A stretch of DNA of 64,000 nucleotides, taken from the NCBI RefSeq assembly GCF_026210795.1, contig NC_089435.1, positions 992,001 through 1,056,000 of the forward strand, in the 5' to 3' direction. Positions within the stretch are counted from its first letter, which is position 1. Each line of letters begins with the position of its first letter. The notes under the pieces are model-generated. The model was not told the DNA's origin and searched no databases. It saw only the letters and a list, made by a program, of their open reading frames with translations. The DNA is from Rhizophagus irregularis. Lineage: Eukaryota. Shown here piece after piece: positions 12,681-26,125 of this stretch. Position numbers and translations under genes: made by a program.

Positions 12681-14242
12681 ATAATTTAGCGAGTTTTACG
12701 ACGTGTAGATATTTTGACCTTATAGTATTTTCTTTTCATTTTGTTTTTTACACTAGATTACAAATAAGAGATAATTATTATTTGTATAATAGTATATAAA
12801 AAGTATTTAGATGTTTACTGTGATATTTAAAATATATCAGTCCATAAATAATAGAGGAAGACAAGGATTATTTTCATTCATGACCGCATTCCAATTATTT
12901 TTCGCATAGTTCTGTACATTTTGATAACTTACAATATTATTTACTTTAAATAAATCATTTACTAAATATTATATATTTTTCATTCTTAAAACATCATGCA
13001 ATGTCACGATGATCAAAATATGTGCAAGATATCTTTCATTAACAAAATAGATATTTTTTAACGTTCTTGTCATGCTCAAATTTAAAATAATACTGTATAT
13101 ATAAAATTTGTTTAATAAAAACATGGATAAAAAAATTAAAAGGAATTAGATACAGGATCGAAATTAATTCATTTTTATTATCATATTCTAATTATATAAA
13201 AAAAAATAGTATCATACATTTATCATTTTGATATTTTTGAACGAAAAAAAAAATGATAGACTTATCGCCAATATCACATAATCATTATGTCGAATGATTT
13301 GAGATTCATAAAAATTTTTTATTTTCTATTCCGAATCCGAAATAATGAATTTTACTATATTAATTTTTACAGGCAAGGATTATGAAATTGATAAACGAAA
13401 TTATAATCATAAAATCAAAAATTCTCACTGAAAGTAGTTGATAAGTATTGGTTACCTAATAGTACTTAAAAAATATTAATAAGCATTTCATAGATGAAAT
13501 AATCAAACCGAACTTTATAATAAAATGGTAAGGTGCAAAATAATTAACAAGTATAAATGTTTTTATATTAACTGTTAATATAACTTTATAAGAACGAGAT
13601 ATAAAGTTTTTTAAAAAATTATAATTCCATATTACCTATCGTACAGATAATACATTTTTAAATAACTCTATCTAGAAGCTAATGTAATTTGAATTCTTTA
13701 ATATTACGTCCTTTGTCAAATATAACTTTTACATTATAGTTAATAAGTTTCTTGGAGAAAATTCAAAAAATCACTGGGTAAGGTACGATTTAAATTTTGC
13801 AAATTAAAAAAAAATAGAAAAAAGAAATTTAGCAATTTAATACATGATAAAAAAACATTTTAAAACCATTACTAACTAAATAAAATAAAGTAAAATGAAA
13901 TGCCATCAATATTTATATGGTTCAATAATTTATCCTAAGGAGAAATTATATCGAAGCAATCACTTGTTAACGTGATCAAAGGTGATTAAAGTGTAAGACG
14001 ACAAAATAATGAATGTGAGACTTTTCCGGAGTCCTGAAATAAATACTAACAAAAATTAAACCGTTTGTAGTATAACAACTTTGTCACTACATTACAAATT
14101 TTGATTTAATCTAATCTACAATTTTAATTATGACAGACAATATTAAGTAATTGTGGAAAATATATCTGCAAACGATGCTTATTACCGTACATTGAAAATG
14201 TAGCGAATAACGCACTCATATAAATATTGTTACAAATTATAT

Positions 14243-14350
14243 CCCTATAAAAAATGTTTCAGAAAAATGATCACGTGTCTGAGTTTCTTCGGAATAAAAA
14301 CTAGAAAAATGATCATTTTTCAGAGTTTTTCACAGAATCATTTCATAGGG
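14243..14350. mobile_element. 108-bp MITE with CCCTAT..ATAGGG termini
   Basis: Terminal inverted repeats, TAT on both flanks, and a second copy in opposite orientation at 49532-49640. Confidence 0.8.
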
Positions 14351-15429
14351 TATTCCTTGTATTAAACATGAGTTAACAAAACAGTGTAATCTATTTGATA
14401 GTATTCTTCTGGATTTAGAATAAACTATTCCAATTCTTTAAGATTTGCAATCATAACCTAAAATTTTTAATCAATTTATATAAAAATTGAATGTACTATA
14501 GATATTATTTGAAACAGATATAATTACTCAATGTAAAAATGTAAATTAATATCATTGATATTACAAATGTTAGTGGTGGAAATCGCAAGATAGATAAATT
14601 TTTATTTTCACAAGAACAAATACTGTTAATTGTGGAATTAAATGAATAATATAAATGATGATTCATATTCTTTAAACGTATATAGTTTTATTGAACGAAT
14701 ATTACTAATTCAAAGCGCACTATTTATAAAGCAATTTTGTTAATTAAGACTCAGATTTTCAAATTCACACGATATTAGAAAATAATATTAAATAATTATA
14801 GCCATATAATTTAATATACAGTACGTGGATCCTTTTATTCCAAGTAATGAAATAAAGTACCATTTGATGTTACTTCTTATTAAAAATAGGTAGTAATTTT
14901 GTGACTAAACAATAATTTAAACAAATCTGACAAATATTTGAAGATTCATTTAAACTTTTTTGCACTATTGAATAACCATACTTTTCACTAATAAGAGCAT
15001 TTTTAATTTCGGGGCATCATTTGTCACCTTCATAATATTTTACGTTAACTTCATAAGTTTTATTTTTTCAACCTTATTACTAATAATACCAATTATGTAA
15101 TTACAAATTCATTCAACAAAATTCATTTGTAAACCGTGCCAAAAGGTCTTGTGTAAGAAATTGAAATTTATTTGTTATCCATATTGGGTTAAATTTATAC
15201 TATCCGTATATTTGATTCTGGATATTCGAAATTAATTATAGTGCTGGCAGAGTATCAATAGTGTTGGCCGACATTTAAAATCCCGTGATCCACATTCGCA
15301 GTTTTTTAAATTCATATTAGTTGATATTTTCAACGGATAATAACGACAACAGATTGTCTGACGGATAAACAGAAATTAATCGTTTTAGGCGGATAATCTA
15401 TATGGTCGGGTTTCGGTTCGCATCTCTGA

Positions 15430-15650
15430 CCCTTCATTGTGTATAAGGAGTATAAGGGGTCCACTCAAATAATTCGTATTTATTCCTTGCTTTTAATGCA
15501 ATTCTTGAATCGACTCGTCCAATTGCCAAAATTTTGCTGAAATCATTTGTAGTGGCATTCTCTGCATATAGATATTAATATCACTATCAGAAGAATCATT
15601 TAAATTCGCAATACTATTAATTTTACTAGTAACATTATCGTTATATAACG
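15430..15650 (-). pseudogene. Degraded N-terminal fragment of the same kinase family
   Basis: Minus-strand remnants NDSSDSD, QQNFGNWTS and LKARNKYELFEWTPY, homologous to 3300-3600. Confidence 0.6.
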
Positions 15651-15845
15651 AATTATTGCTTAATTTTATAGATTAAAAAAAAAATATAATTTTAATTTAT
15701 TTTCAATAATTCATAGGCTATATAACTCAAATAAATGATTATAATCTTGACGAATCGCCTTATCACGATACGTCTGATAAAAATTTGTTAAATATCTCAA
15801 TATAAATACGGGAAAAAATTATCCGTTTTTTGCCATGTTTAAATC

Positions 15846-16559
15846 TTAAATCATACATTCATCTAAATAGGAAAACATTTATTTAATTACATAATATAAA
15901 AATATTATATATACGTACCAAAATATTCGTTCATTTCAGTATTATCATAATTCATAATTACAATTTTATCACTTAACGAGTCTTGTGATAAATATTCATT
16001 CAATTTAGCTGAATATTTAATTTTTCTACTTGTATAACAAGAATTCGGATGATATTTAATTTTTAATTCATTCTCTAAAAAGAAAAAAAAATTGGTAAAA
16101 TAAAATGTAATTTTATATTAAATGATTAAGTGTATAATTACCAGGTATATGTACTATTTTTTTCATCGTTATCCTCTTGGAATTTACAGTATCAACCCAT
16201 TTTTCATAAATCATTTTCAATTCTTTAGCAGTTGGCCTTTTTTTAGGATCATCATTCCAACGCCTTTTCATTAATTCTGCATATTCAGGCATACTACTAG
16301 TTCCTCCCATAATTTCCGGTCTAATACCTTTACAAATATCTATAAATTTATCAACATGTTCATTTCCACCGGTCCAATTATCAAAATTTTTCCGAAATTT
16401 TTAGAATTACATTCTTTCACCAATTGTCATGAGACATTCAGGGAATAAGCCGTAATCTTGATTAAGTATTCTCTCTTCAATAATATTTAAGTCATCATTG
16501 GAAGAATCATTTGCAATAATAATTTTATTAGCAACTTTATCCTCTTCAATAATATTCAT
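15846..16559 (-). pseudogene. Kinase pseudogene with the whole catalytic core deleted
   Basis: MNIIEEDK..DYGLFPEC..GGNEHVDKFI is joined directly to DICKGIRPEI..RWNDDPKKRP. Downstream exons (YHPNSCYTSRKI at ~15919-16074 and a terminal exon at ~15846-15862) are retained; there is an early frameshift. Confidence 0.85.
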
Positions 16560-17740
16560 TTTTTTTTTGAAGTTTTAGTAACGTAAAAAATGAAAATTCT
16601 AACTCATGAGGAAAATCTGAAAGCAACGAAAAATTTATATTTTCGTTTTAAAGAATTCGTTAGTAAGTTGATTAATTCTGTAATCAAATATGTTTGGGTT
16701 AAATAATGATTATATTTTGTCTTCCAAATTTAGAATTAATTGTGAATCCAAAATATAACGGCGCAGCAATTGCCTTTCTTACTTTAATTAAAATTCATAT
16801 GTATAAAACAACGTACTAATTTATATTGGTCAAGTATGAAATCCTTTTCTCATTATTTCTTAAAATATCAGTTAACGTGAAATCCATTATATCGCATAGT
16901 TGTTATATAGTGTTCTGTATTTAATGATTTTTTCCTCTTTGTATAAATTATAAAATTTTACTTTGTATTTAGCATGTAAAATTGAAATCGTCATTCCAAA
17001 TATATGAAACTTAATTATTTTTTTTTAAAACGTTATGGATCGTTAGTCACTGTTGCACGTGATCCAGATAATAACGTGATTTACATTGTAACATTAGTAT
17101 TCTTATATGGTTACTCCTCTCTCAGAAATAAATCTTAAAAAAATTATACGCAACTAGTATCTAAAGTGAAACGAATAAAAAAAAAATTTATCATGCATTT
17201 TTAATGGAATATTTTAATAAAAATTTAATATGCTATTATAACAGCTCATAAAGATATATTTTTTGAAGAAAAAAATAATATTAAAGGTTATATTTGTTAA
17301 TAAAATAATCTAAAATATTTAAAAGATCGATATGAGAAAAAGGTATTCATTTCCTACAAAAACAAAATAATATATTAAAGATTCACTTTACAGTACTTTC
17401 AGCATATTATGAGTTTCTCTTAAAATAGTACACTACTCTCTATTTTCCTATTAACATTTTATTTTTGACTAAGAACTACACAACTACACTCGTCTCAAAT
17501 CAAAATTTTTTGCGCAATTATATACTTGAATACTTTATTATAATATAAAAAAAAAATTGCTGAAGTTAAACAATAAAAAAAAATAATATTAAAATTTCAA
17601 AAAATTTTAATAATAATTCAGATATTTAAAAATAATCTATCGATCTATTCTAATAAACACATTTGTTTAAAAAATATTTATCTACTATATTTATGTACTA
17701 AAAAGACTGACACATTTAATTATTTGAATCACTCTTTGTA

Positions 17741-20602
17741 TCAATCAATTTCATTTTGTTCATTTAATAATGTAAGAATCTTTTTTGCATCATCATTTCC
17801 ACCTTCGGCTGCTTCTTTATATAAATTAAAAGCCCTTTCCTTATCAACATTAACTATAATTCCATTATCATAATAATAACCGAGCTTACATTTTCCATTT
17901 ACACATCCTTCTTCGGCTGCCTGTTTATAATAACCAAATGCTCTAATCTCATTCCTATTTACACCTTTTCCTAATTCATAAATTTCTCCTAATTTATATA
18001 AAGCAAGTTTATCATTTTCTGCTGATCTTTTATACCAATAATTAACCATATTTAAATCATTTACTAGTTTTTCATTATCTTCATACATTAATTTAAGATA
18101 TTCCATTGCATTATTTTTTCCTTTTACAATCGCCTCATCATATAATATCATTCCTTTTTCTTTATCAACTTTTGTTCCAATTCCATTAACATAACAATAT
18201 CCAAGATGAAATTTTGCATTTACATATCCTTTTTCAGCTGATTTCTTATAATATTCAAATGCTTTATTTTTATCTTTTACTGTACCTATTCCTAATTCAT
18301 GACATATACCCATGTTATCACACGTAACTTCATTTTCATTTGTTGCCGCTTTTTGGAACCAATAATTGGCTTTTTCAAAATCTTTTTCAGTTCCTTCTCC
18401 CATAATATATAAAAATCCAAGATTATTTTGTGCATCTATATATCCTTTTTCAGCTGCTCTTTTATATAACTCAAAAGCTTTTATTTCATCTTTTTCAACT
18501 CCTATACCAAATTTATAATGATATCCTAAATTATGTAATGCTAATTCACACCCATTTTCTGCTGCTTCTCTATACCAATAAATAGCTTGTACTAAATCTT
18601 TTTCTGTACCTTCTCCATTTTCATATAAATATCCGATTTTACTTTTTGCAACATTAAGTCCTCTTTCAGCTGCAATTTTATACAATTCAAACGACTTATC
18701 CTTATTAATTTCAGTTCCAATACCTAAATAATAACAATTTCCAAGTTCAAACTGTGCATTTAAGAATCCTTTATCAGACGCCATTTCATAATATTCAAAC
18801 GCTTTTTTTTCATTCTTTTCAACACCAAACCCGTTGTAATAACAGACACCTAAATTATATTGTGCTGCTATAACTCCATTCTCAGCTGCTTTATTATGCC
18901 AGTAAACAGCTTTTTCTGGATCTATTTCTGTTCCTACTCCACTTTGATATAAAATTCCAAGATTACTTTGCCCAATATTATGTCCTCTTTCTGCTGTAAT
19001 TTTATATAATTCAAATGCTTTTGTCTTATCAACTTCAGTTCCAAGTCCTTTATCATAACAATATCCAAGTTCAAATTGAGCTTCTAAATGTCCTTGTTTA
19101 GCTGATTTTTTAAAATATTCAAATGATTTAACATCATCTCTTTTAACACTTATACCATGTTTATAGTAATATGCTAAATTATATTGTGCTATTTTACATC
19201 CATTTTCTGCTGCTTTATTGTACCAATAAATAGCTTTTGCTAAATCTAGTTTTATATATTTACCATTTTTATATAAAGTTCCAAGAGCACTTTGCGCTGC
19301 AGTCTGTCCCTTTTCAGAAGCAATTGTATATAATTTAAATGCTTTAATTAAATTAGTATCAACTCCAATTCCATTTTCATAACAATATCCAAGTTCATAT
19401 TGAGAATCTAAATATCCTTGATTAGCTGATTTTTTAAAATATTCAAATGATTTTTTTTCATTTTCCTCATTTTTATAATGAATACCTAATTTATATTGTG
19501 ATAATTTATTTCCATTTTCAGCTGATTTTTCATACCAATAAATAGATTTTTCTAAATCTTTTTCTATATTTTGATAATAATCACCTAATATATTTTGCGC
19601 TAATGAATATCCTCCTTCAGCAGATTTAAAATACCATTCAAAAGATTCCTTATCATCTTTTTTTATTCCAATTCCATTTTGATAACAAATACCAAGATTA
19701 TATTGTGCATGTATATTCCCTTCATTAGCAGATTTAAAATACCATTCAAATGCTTTCTTTTCATCTTTTATTATTCCAATCCCATTTTGATAACAATAAC
19801 CTAAATTATTTTGTGCATCAATATTTCCTCCTTTTGCTGATTTTAAATAATATTCAAATGATTTAAATAAATCCTTCTTTTTTCCTATACCATATTGATA
19901 ACAATGACCTAAATTATTTAATTCTATTAATTCTTTCTTTTTATCATAATCTATTTGATTTTCATTATTATTATTAGAACAATATTTATTTTTTGATTCA
20001 AAATATTCTTCCATAATATTTATTTCATCCTTACATAAATTTATTTCTAATCCATTAAAATTTTCAAATTGATTATTATATGACATTGTATGTTTCTTTT
20101 CTTCTAAATTTTTAAATTCTTTTATAATCAAATCTCTTTTATTTAAAATAATATCTTTATAATAATAAAATGATAATAAATATTTTGATATAATAATATT
20201 AAGTAATTGATAAATAGAAATTAAATTATTATTAATTTCATCATCATCATCATTATTATTATCATCATCATCATTTTTTTTAGTATATTTATTAATTGAT
20301 AATAAATATAATTTTAAAGATTTATCATCATCATCAAAAAGATTTGATAAATCATTATCATTTATTAAATCATAATCATAAAAAAATCCTATTAAACCTG
20401 AAAACCAATTTTCATTTTCTTCATGATCTTCCATTAATTTTAAAATTTTTTCATGATTTAATTCATTATTAATTAAATAATCTTGTACCCAATCAATTAA
20501 AATATTTTCAAAATTATTATAATTATCTATTTTTATTATTTGACGATAAAATCCTTTTAAAAATTTTTTTAATAAATTATTATTCTCATTATCTAAATTC
20601 AT
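17741..20602 (-). CDS. Sel1-like repeat (SLR) protein, 953 aa, intronless
   Basis: About 20 repeats of consensus AQxNLGxCYxxGIGxxKDxxKAFEWYxKSAxxG after an N/D-rich N-terminal region. Confidence 0.95.
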   Translation of the reverse strand: MNLDNENNNLLKKFLKGFYRQIIKIDNYNNFENILIDWVQDYLINNELNHEKILKLMEDHEENENWFSGLIGFFYDYDLINDNDLSNLFDDDDKSLKLYLLSINKYTKKNDDDDNNNDDDDEINNNLISIYQLLNIIISKYLLSFYYYKDIILNKRDLIIKEFKNLEEKKHTMSYNNQFENFNGLEINLCKDEINIMEEYFESKNKYCSNNNNENQIDYDKKKELIELNNLGHCYQYGIGKKKDLFKSFEYYLKSAKGGNIDAQNNLGYCYQNGIGIIKDEKKAFEWYFKSANEGNIHAQYNLGICYQNGIGIKKDDKESFEWYFKSAEGGYSLAQNILGDYYQNIEKDLEKSIYWYEKSAENGNKLSQYKLGIHYKNEENEKKSFEYFKKSANQGYLDSQYELGYCYENGIGVDTNLIKAFKLYTIASEKGQTAAQSALGTLYKNGKYIKLDLAKAIYWYNKAAENGCKIAQYNLAYYYKHGISVKRDDVKSFEYFKKSAKQGHLEAQFELGYCYDKGLGTEVDKTKAFELYKITAERGHNIGQSNLGILYQSGVGTEIDPEKAVYWHNKAAENGVIAAQYNLGVCYYNGFGVEKNEKKAFEYYEMASDKGFLNAQFELGNCYYLGIGTEINKDKSFELYKIAAERGLNVAKSKIGYLYENGEGTEKDLVQAIYWYREAAENGCELALHNLGYHYKFGIGVEKDEIKAFELYKRAAEKGYIDAQNNLGFLYIMGEGTEKDFEKANYWFQKAATNENEVTCDNMGICHELGIGTVKDKNKAFEYYKKSAEKGYVNAKFHLGYCYVNGIGTKVDKEKGMILYDEAIVKGKNNAMEYLKLMYEDNEKLVNDLNMVNYWYKRSAENDKLALYKLGEIYELGKGVNRNEIRAFGYYKQAAEEGCVNGKCKLGYYYDNGIIVNVDKERAFNLYKEAAEGGNDDAKKILTLLNEQNEID

Positions 20603-21549
20603 TTTATTTTTATTTCGTTTATGAAGAAGTCTTTTAAAAAAGAGGAAGAGAAATAATAGACGTACAAATTAAATTAACGTTACAATTAATAACTAATTAT
20701 AGGAGATTAAAACACTGCGCATAAAGGAAATAATAAATTCGCTATTAACCGCTGTAGCCACTGTCACACTAACTTATAATGGTAATTTGGCGGCTTGGCG
20801 CTTGTTGCTGCGGTATTGCTGCGGTATAATGAGAATTATTTTTAGGATAAACGTTTATCAAAATATGCAAACAGCCATTGCAGCCAGTCACACCAAGACT
20901 GTTGCTGCGGTATTGTTGTTTCACGAATCTGTACATAAATTTTATCAAAGAGAATTACTTTACGTTAATGGTTTTGATTGACGAAGGATTTGCTAAACAA
21001 GTTAAAGGCGGACTTCAATATTTTTATATTATTCATGAGATTAAATATATTTATTGCATATAAATATAATAATTTTATTAAATAAAATTTAAAATGTTTA
21101 TTATACTGCCGTACAGTAAAAAAAAAACTTTTTTATTCTGTCTAGACATAAAATTGAAGTCACATTTATTAATCCAATATGGAAGAATTTTATGCTTACT
21201 GATAATATATTTGAGATTATATAAAAATAAATGATAATCATTTCATTGGAACTTAATAATTACCTAAGATGAAATGATTAACCAGTTACTGCGATTTTGT
21301 AATAATTGATATACATTCCGGTTGTGTAAAATTTGTTTGTCATACAGTATATACATTGCAGAAACTTTTAAAATCGAAACCATATCGTGACCATGTCAAA
21401 ATTTTATCGTAGGAATTATAACCAAGACTTGGTCGCGACATAGTTTCACATTGCCACGATAAGTTTAATATAATCGTATGAGTAAAGTTACTGCATATTA
21501 AGAAAACTGTCGCTGGGTCATACAAGATCGTAAAGTATTAGTAAGCTAA

Positions 21550-21810
21550 ATATTAAACATATATTCAAGTTATGTTAAAGTTGCAGTAAATGTATATTTA
21601 AGTTATATTGAATAAATATCAAAGTTAAAGTAAATGTATATTTAAGTTATATTGAATAAATATCAAAGTTAAAGTAAATGTATATTTAAGTTATTTCGAA
21701 TAGTTATTAAAGTTAAAGTAAACTAATCTTTAATGTATTTTTAAGTTATGTCGAATAGATATTAAAGTTAAATTAAACATATATTTAATTTATATTGAAT
21801 AAATATGAAA
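21550..21810. repeat. ~42-bp tandem repeat (gttaaagtaaatgtatatttaagttatattgaataaatatcaaa)
   Basis: About 6 copies, two of them near-identical (21584-21695). Confidence 0.85.
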
Positions 21811-23232
21811 GGAATATATAGAAAGTAAGTAACGGAAATTGGCTAAGTAAGTAACGTAAAGTCACATGATCTATTACGTTACTTTACGTTACTCTTATTG
21901 CTAAAGGTCTTCAGTCACGTGACGGATTTAATATTTTTGATTGGCCAAATTGGCCACATGATCGCATCATGTTTATTTGTTTATCGAATCTCGAGGGCAG
22001 TTCTTTCAGTCTCAAGGTATTTTTCTTTTCTTTTATTTTTATTTCTAACTTACATTCTGCTTACACTTTGTTTCTTACTAACTCTATTTCATCATTTTTA
22101 GGTCCTTTAGTCCTTCCAGTTATGCAATTAAAGTTCAGTTGTTTTTCACTTTACGTTTCGTTTCTTATTCATTTTTTTATTTTTTTTATTTTGTTTCTGT
22201 TTCATATTTCGTTTTTCACTAATTTATTTCATTTTTTTTAGATATTTTAGTTCTTTCGGTTTTACAATTAATAAAGGTATGCTTTTTTATTTTTTATTTT
22301 TTTTTATTTCATTTTATCTTATATTTCGTTTCTTACTAACTTCATTTTTTTTTTACTTTATGGTTTTATTTTTAACTTGGTTTCCCAACCTCTTATCATG
22401 ATCATTTTTTATTTTTTGTCTCCCATCATTTTTCACCTCATATTACTTCTCATTATTCGTCTCCTATTATTTTCTATTACATCTTTTCATTTTCCATCAT
22501 TTCTTTTTCTCTCCTGTTTATTTCCCATCATTTCTTTTTGTCTCTCATTTCTTTTTGTCTCTCATCGCTTCTTTTTGTCTCTCATCACTTCTTTTCGTTT
22601 CCCATCACTTCTTTTCGTTTCCCATCACTCCTCTTCATCTTCCCATCACTTCTTTTCGTCTTCCATCACTCTTTTTCATCATCCATCATGTCCTATTTCT
22701 CCTTTTCGTTACACTTCTCATTACTCTTTTTTACTCCCTTTCTTCTTCTATTACTTTCCATTACTCCATTGTTATTTCTTTTTTTTATTAGCATCTTTCT
22801 CCTTGATCATTGTAATTTACTTATCTTTTTTATTTTTTGTTATTGTTTTTTTATATGTATCACTTTAAAAATAAATAGTGATTTTTTTCTTTAAAATCGA
22901 AAATGTGGGACTTAAATTTTAATATTTTCAAATAAAATTTCATTAAATTTGATTATTTTGAATAAATATATTTGCAAAAAAATTTTTTAAAATATCTTTG
23001 CAATAAAATTATAAGTTTAAATGATCAGCCATCAGTCAATTAATAAATTTACTTTATACTGTATATTGTACATCATGTGACATATGATGTTTAGTACCTT
23101 GGAGTAACGTAAAGCAAATATAATTGACTTTACGTTCCGTGCCTTATATAAGGAAAGTAACGTAAATTGACCTAAAATAGTAATTTTACGTTACTTACTT
23201 AGCCAATTTCCGTTACTTACTTGCTACCTACC
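21811..23232. mobile_element. Non-autonomous Mutator (MULE)-like element
   Basis: GG..CC termini, long TIR (agtaagtaacggaaattggctaagtaagtaacgtaaa and its reverse complement), and a 9-bp TSD aatatgaaa/gatatgaaa (8/9 match). The interior is pyrimidine-rich with ~21-bp repeats at 22520-22680. Confidence 0.8.
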
Positions 23233-23299
23233 GATATGAAAGTCATAGTAAAGTTATATAATAAATTTATTTCCGAAGCCGTAAATAAGTCGTAAAGTA

Positions 23300-24930
23300 T
23301 TCTATTGACTCTATTTAAGAAATAGTAGTCTCTAATCTAAATCTAATCTTATTACATAATACAATAAAATAAACCTAAACTAGTCGCATAAAGGAAACAA
23401 TGCAATTAATAAGAAGAAAAATAAATTAAAACAAAAATACTAATCTAAAAACTGTACCTAAGATCCTTCATATGCCCCAACTTAAACCCAGAGAGTAAGT
23501 TCCAGGCCAACTATCCAGAGAGTTAAGTCCTAAAATAATCTAAGTCCAAAAGAGAAAAGTGACCCAACAATCCGAACTGTTTGACTAAACAGAAAATCTA
23601 AAACCTGTGACCACCAAGTTTCGCCTTGCATAATAGTGTCTCGAAGTCAAGTCTCCAATTCTGACTTCAGGGGATAATTCTGTTGAAAATGAGAGAGACA
23701 AGAACCAGTATTAAGAAGGAGAGATCGGGAAGAGGAATGGTAAGCTCATTTATCTTTAGTGGAAATATTTTGAGAGGTTTCCCATGCAATAAAAGCATTA
23801 CAATATGCATGCTATAAATAACGATAAATGCGAAGTTGAAAGTGGAAGAGAGCAGAATAAATAATTCCGGTAGAGCATTTTTCGGTAAAAACGTGTAAAA
23901 AGACACTGATCTAGTCCTTTGGGATGAAACCACGCACAAGGTCGTGAGAGATTGGCAAATGTGACAATGGAAAGATGGAATTGATTTCATGCTATATGGA
24001 TAAAGTGTCAAAAGTAGTCAGGATGGAAGAGTCGTGAGAGTTTAAATGTTTAATAGCAGAAGCTAATCTTTTCTTAAGGTTATGTTTGAAGAAAAAGAGA
24101 AATTCTGAAAACATGTAAAAAGTATGGCCAGTTTCATCTGTGTGAAAAGCATGTGTAGCAGAGCAAGTCCATAAATGAGATAGCGTTTCCAGAGCAGATT
24201 GGCATATCGAACACAAAGGTTGATGTGTGTAAAGATCAGGTGCATGCGCAGCCAGGTCGATAGAGTCAGGTGTATCAAACATAAGCTTGGGATATTCTTA
24301 AAATAGGTGCTAGGACCATAATATAAAGAAAACTGGAAAAAATTCCAAGTGGCATTCCATGAGTAAAAGGATGCATTATATATGTAGCGGGAAAACCTAA
24401 AAAGCATAAAAAGGTTGGAGAAATGTAATTGATCATAAGAAATTTCTGCAGATCAGAATCAATCTTATGATCTTGTTATTGGCAGGTCGTCTGAAATAGT
24501 TAAATCATTTGGTGAATAAAAGGAATTTAAAGAAGAATGAACTTTTGCAAGGGAATCAGCACAGTCATTAATAAGCGGATCATCCGAATGCGTAGGAATT
24601 AACGTTGAATCACAAAGAAGTTTGAATGGATAGATGAGGAATGGACAGGAAGAATAAAGTTATTTTCATTAGTTTGTATTCAGCCAAGGCCCATGGTTAT
24701 GTTGGCAGCACCAAAATATTAGACAGAGCCATCGGTGTAAATAAAATAATTATTATCATCAATTGGGAAAAGATATGGGACCGAAAGAGCAGAAATACGA
24801 GAAGGACCAAAATCTTTAAAACTTTTTTGTAATAGGTTTAATGCTGGTGGTCTTTGATTATAATAAAGAAGAAAATATTGAATAATAAGAAGTCTTACTG
24901 TAACAGGTTAAGATGAAAATGAAAAGTTAT
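23300..24930 (-). mobile_element. Non-LTR retrotransposon (LINE) 3' remnant: end of RNase H plus zf-RVT-like CCHC motif
   Basis: Minus strand gives IPTHSDDPL..NDCADSLAK (RNase H C-terminal motif, ~24545-24600) and PDLYTHQPLCSICQSALETLSHLWTC; many frameshifts; higher GC. Confidence 0.8.
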
Positions 24931-24939
24931 TGCAAATCA

Positions 24940-25200
24940 TAAATTGACGATTTCATCCTCGCCTGAACCCTCTTTGCCTGCTTCTTCTCTATCATCTTCG
25001 TCTCTTTCATTTTCATCATCTTCTATTACCTTCATCTTCGTCTCTTTCATTAAACTCCATCATCATTCTTTCATATTCACTTTCAAGCACTATACCATTT
25101 TCGCTTACTTCTTCATTTTCAATATTGATGGTCGGTATCATTTCTTCTCCTTTATTGTAAATATCCATAATATCATGATCATTACTATTAATAGTCGTAC
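24940..25200 (-). pseudogene. Acidic (D/E-rich) coding remnant inside the CACTA-like element, cut off at the LINE junction
   Basis: Minus strand reads ..EDDENERDEDDREEAGKEGSGEDEIVNL after a TTTAG acceptor; identity as transposase N-terminus is not established. Confidence 0.35.
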
Positions 25201-26125
25201 TAAAAGAATAAAAATGATGTTAGAACAAGCGTACATGTCATAATAACAAATGTCGATATTTACAATATTTACCGTTTGTTCTAAAATGTATTTCATTCAA
25301 CGTTGAAGGTATATTAAACATGTATTATTGTCTAATATAACTGCATTACTAATGTTAGGAGCATAGTGACTTCAGAACATTTTCTCAAAGTGAGAATGTA
25401 GTTAAAAATTTTACTTTTGATTAAAAAAATATTCTGAATATAGTTAAATTAAAATAAAATACATTGAAAATATAGCTTAATTTGAATTTAATTTTCAAAT
25501 GACTTAAAATTTAACTTTCGGTTTAAAACAAAAATATAGCTTAATTTGAAAATATAGCTTAAAATTTAACTTCGGTTTAAAATAAAATACACTAAAAATA
25601 TGTCATAATATGATATGAAAAGAAAAAAAAAGAAAAAGAAAAACAACTTTCAGTTGAAATTAAAATCATCACTAAAAAATTTCTATTGTTAATTCCTTTT
25701 GTTTAAAATCATCACTAAAAAATTTTTTTTGTTTAAAATTATCACTAAACTGTTTTCGGACAAAATATTATTAATTATTACGTTTACCATACAATATTGC
25801 TACAGACTTTTTTTTTGTTCTTATACTGATAAAATCTATAAACAGTACCTAATAAAGAAACTTTTGAGTAATAAACTTTCATACTATAAATATGTTGAAA
25901 AGTTTAATAATTTTATTTATAGATTCAGTTAAGCATAGTAATAAACTTTTTTGATTATAAGCTTACAGATATAATAAACTCATTAATTATAAGCTTTGTT
26001 AAATTTTTCAATTCGTGATGTGTACTATGTAAACTTTTTCTTTAAAAAAGAATCATATATTTCACTTTCCTAGAGAAATCATTAATTTCTTCCTAAAAAA
26101 ATATTTTTTTAAAAAAAAAATCGCT

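Noticed and set aside
21898..22894. F/S/L/H-rich ORFs as membrane proteins
   Set aside because: Overlapping ORFs in all frames of a pyrimidine-rich transposon interior; compositional artefact.
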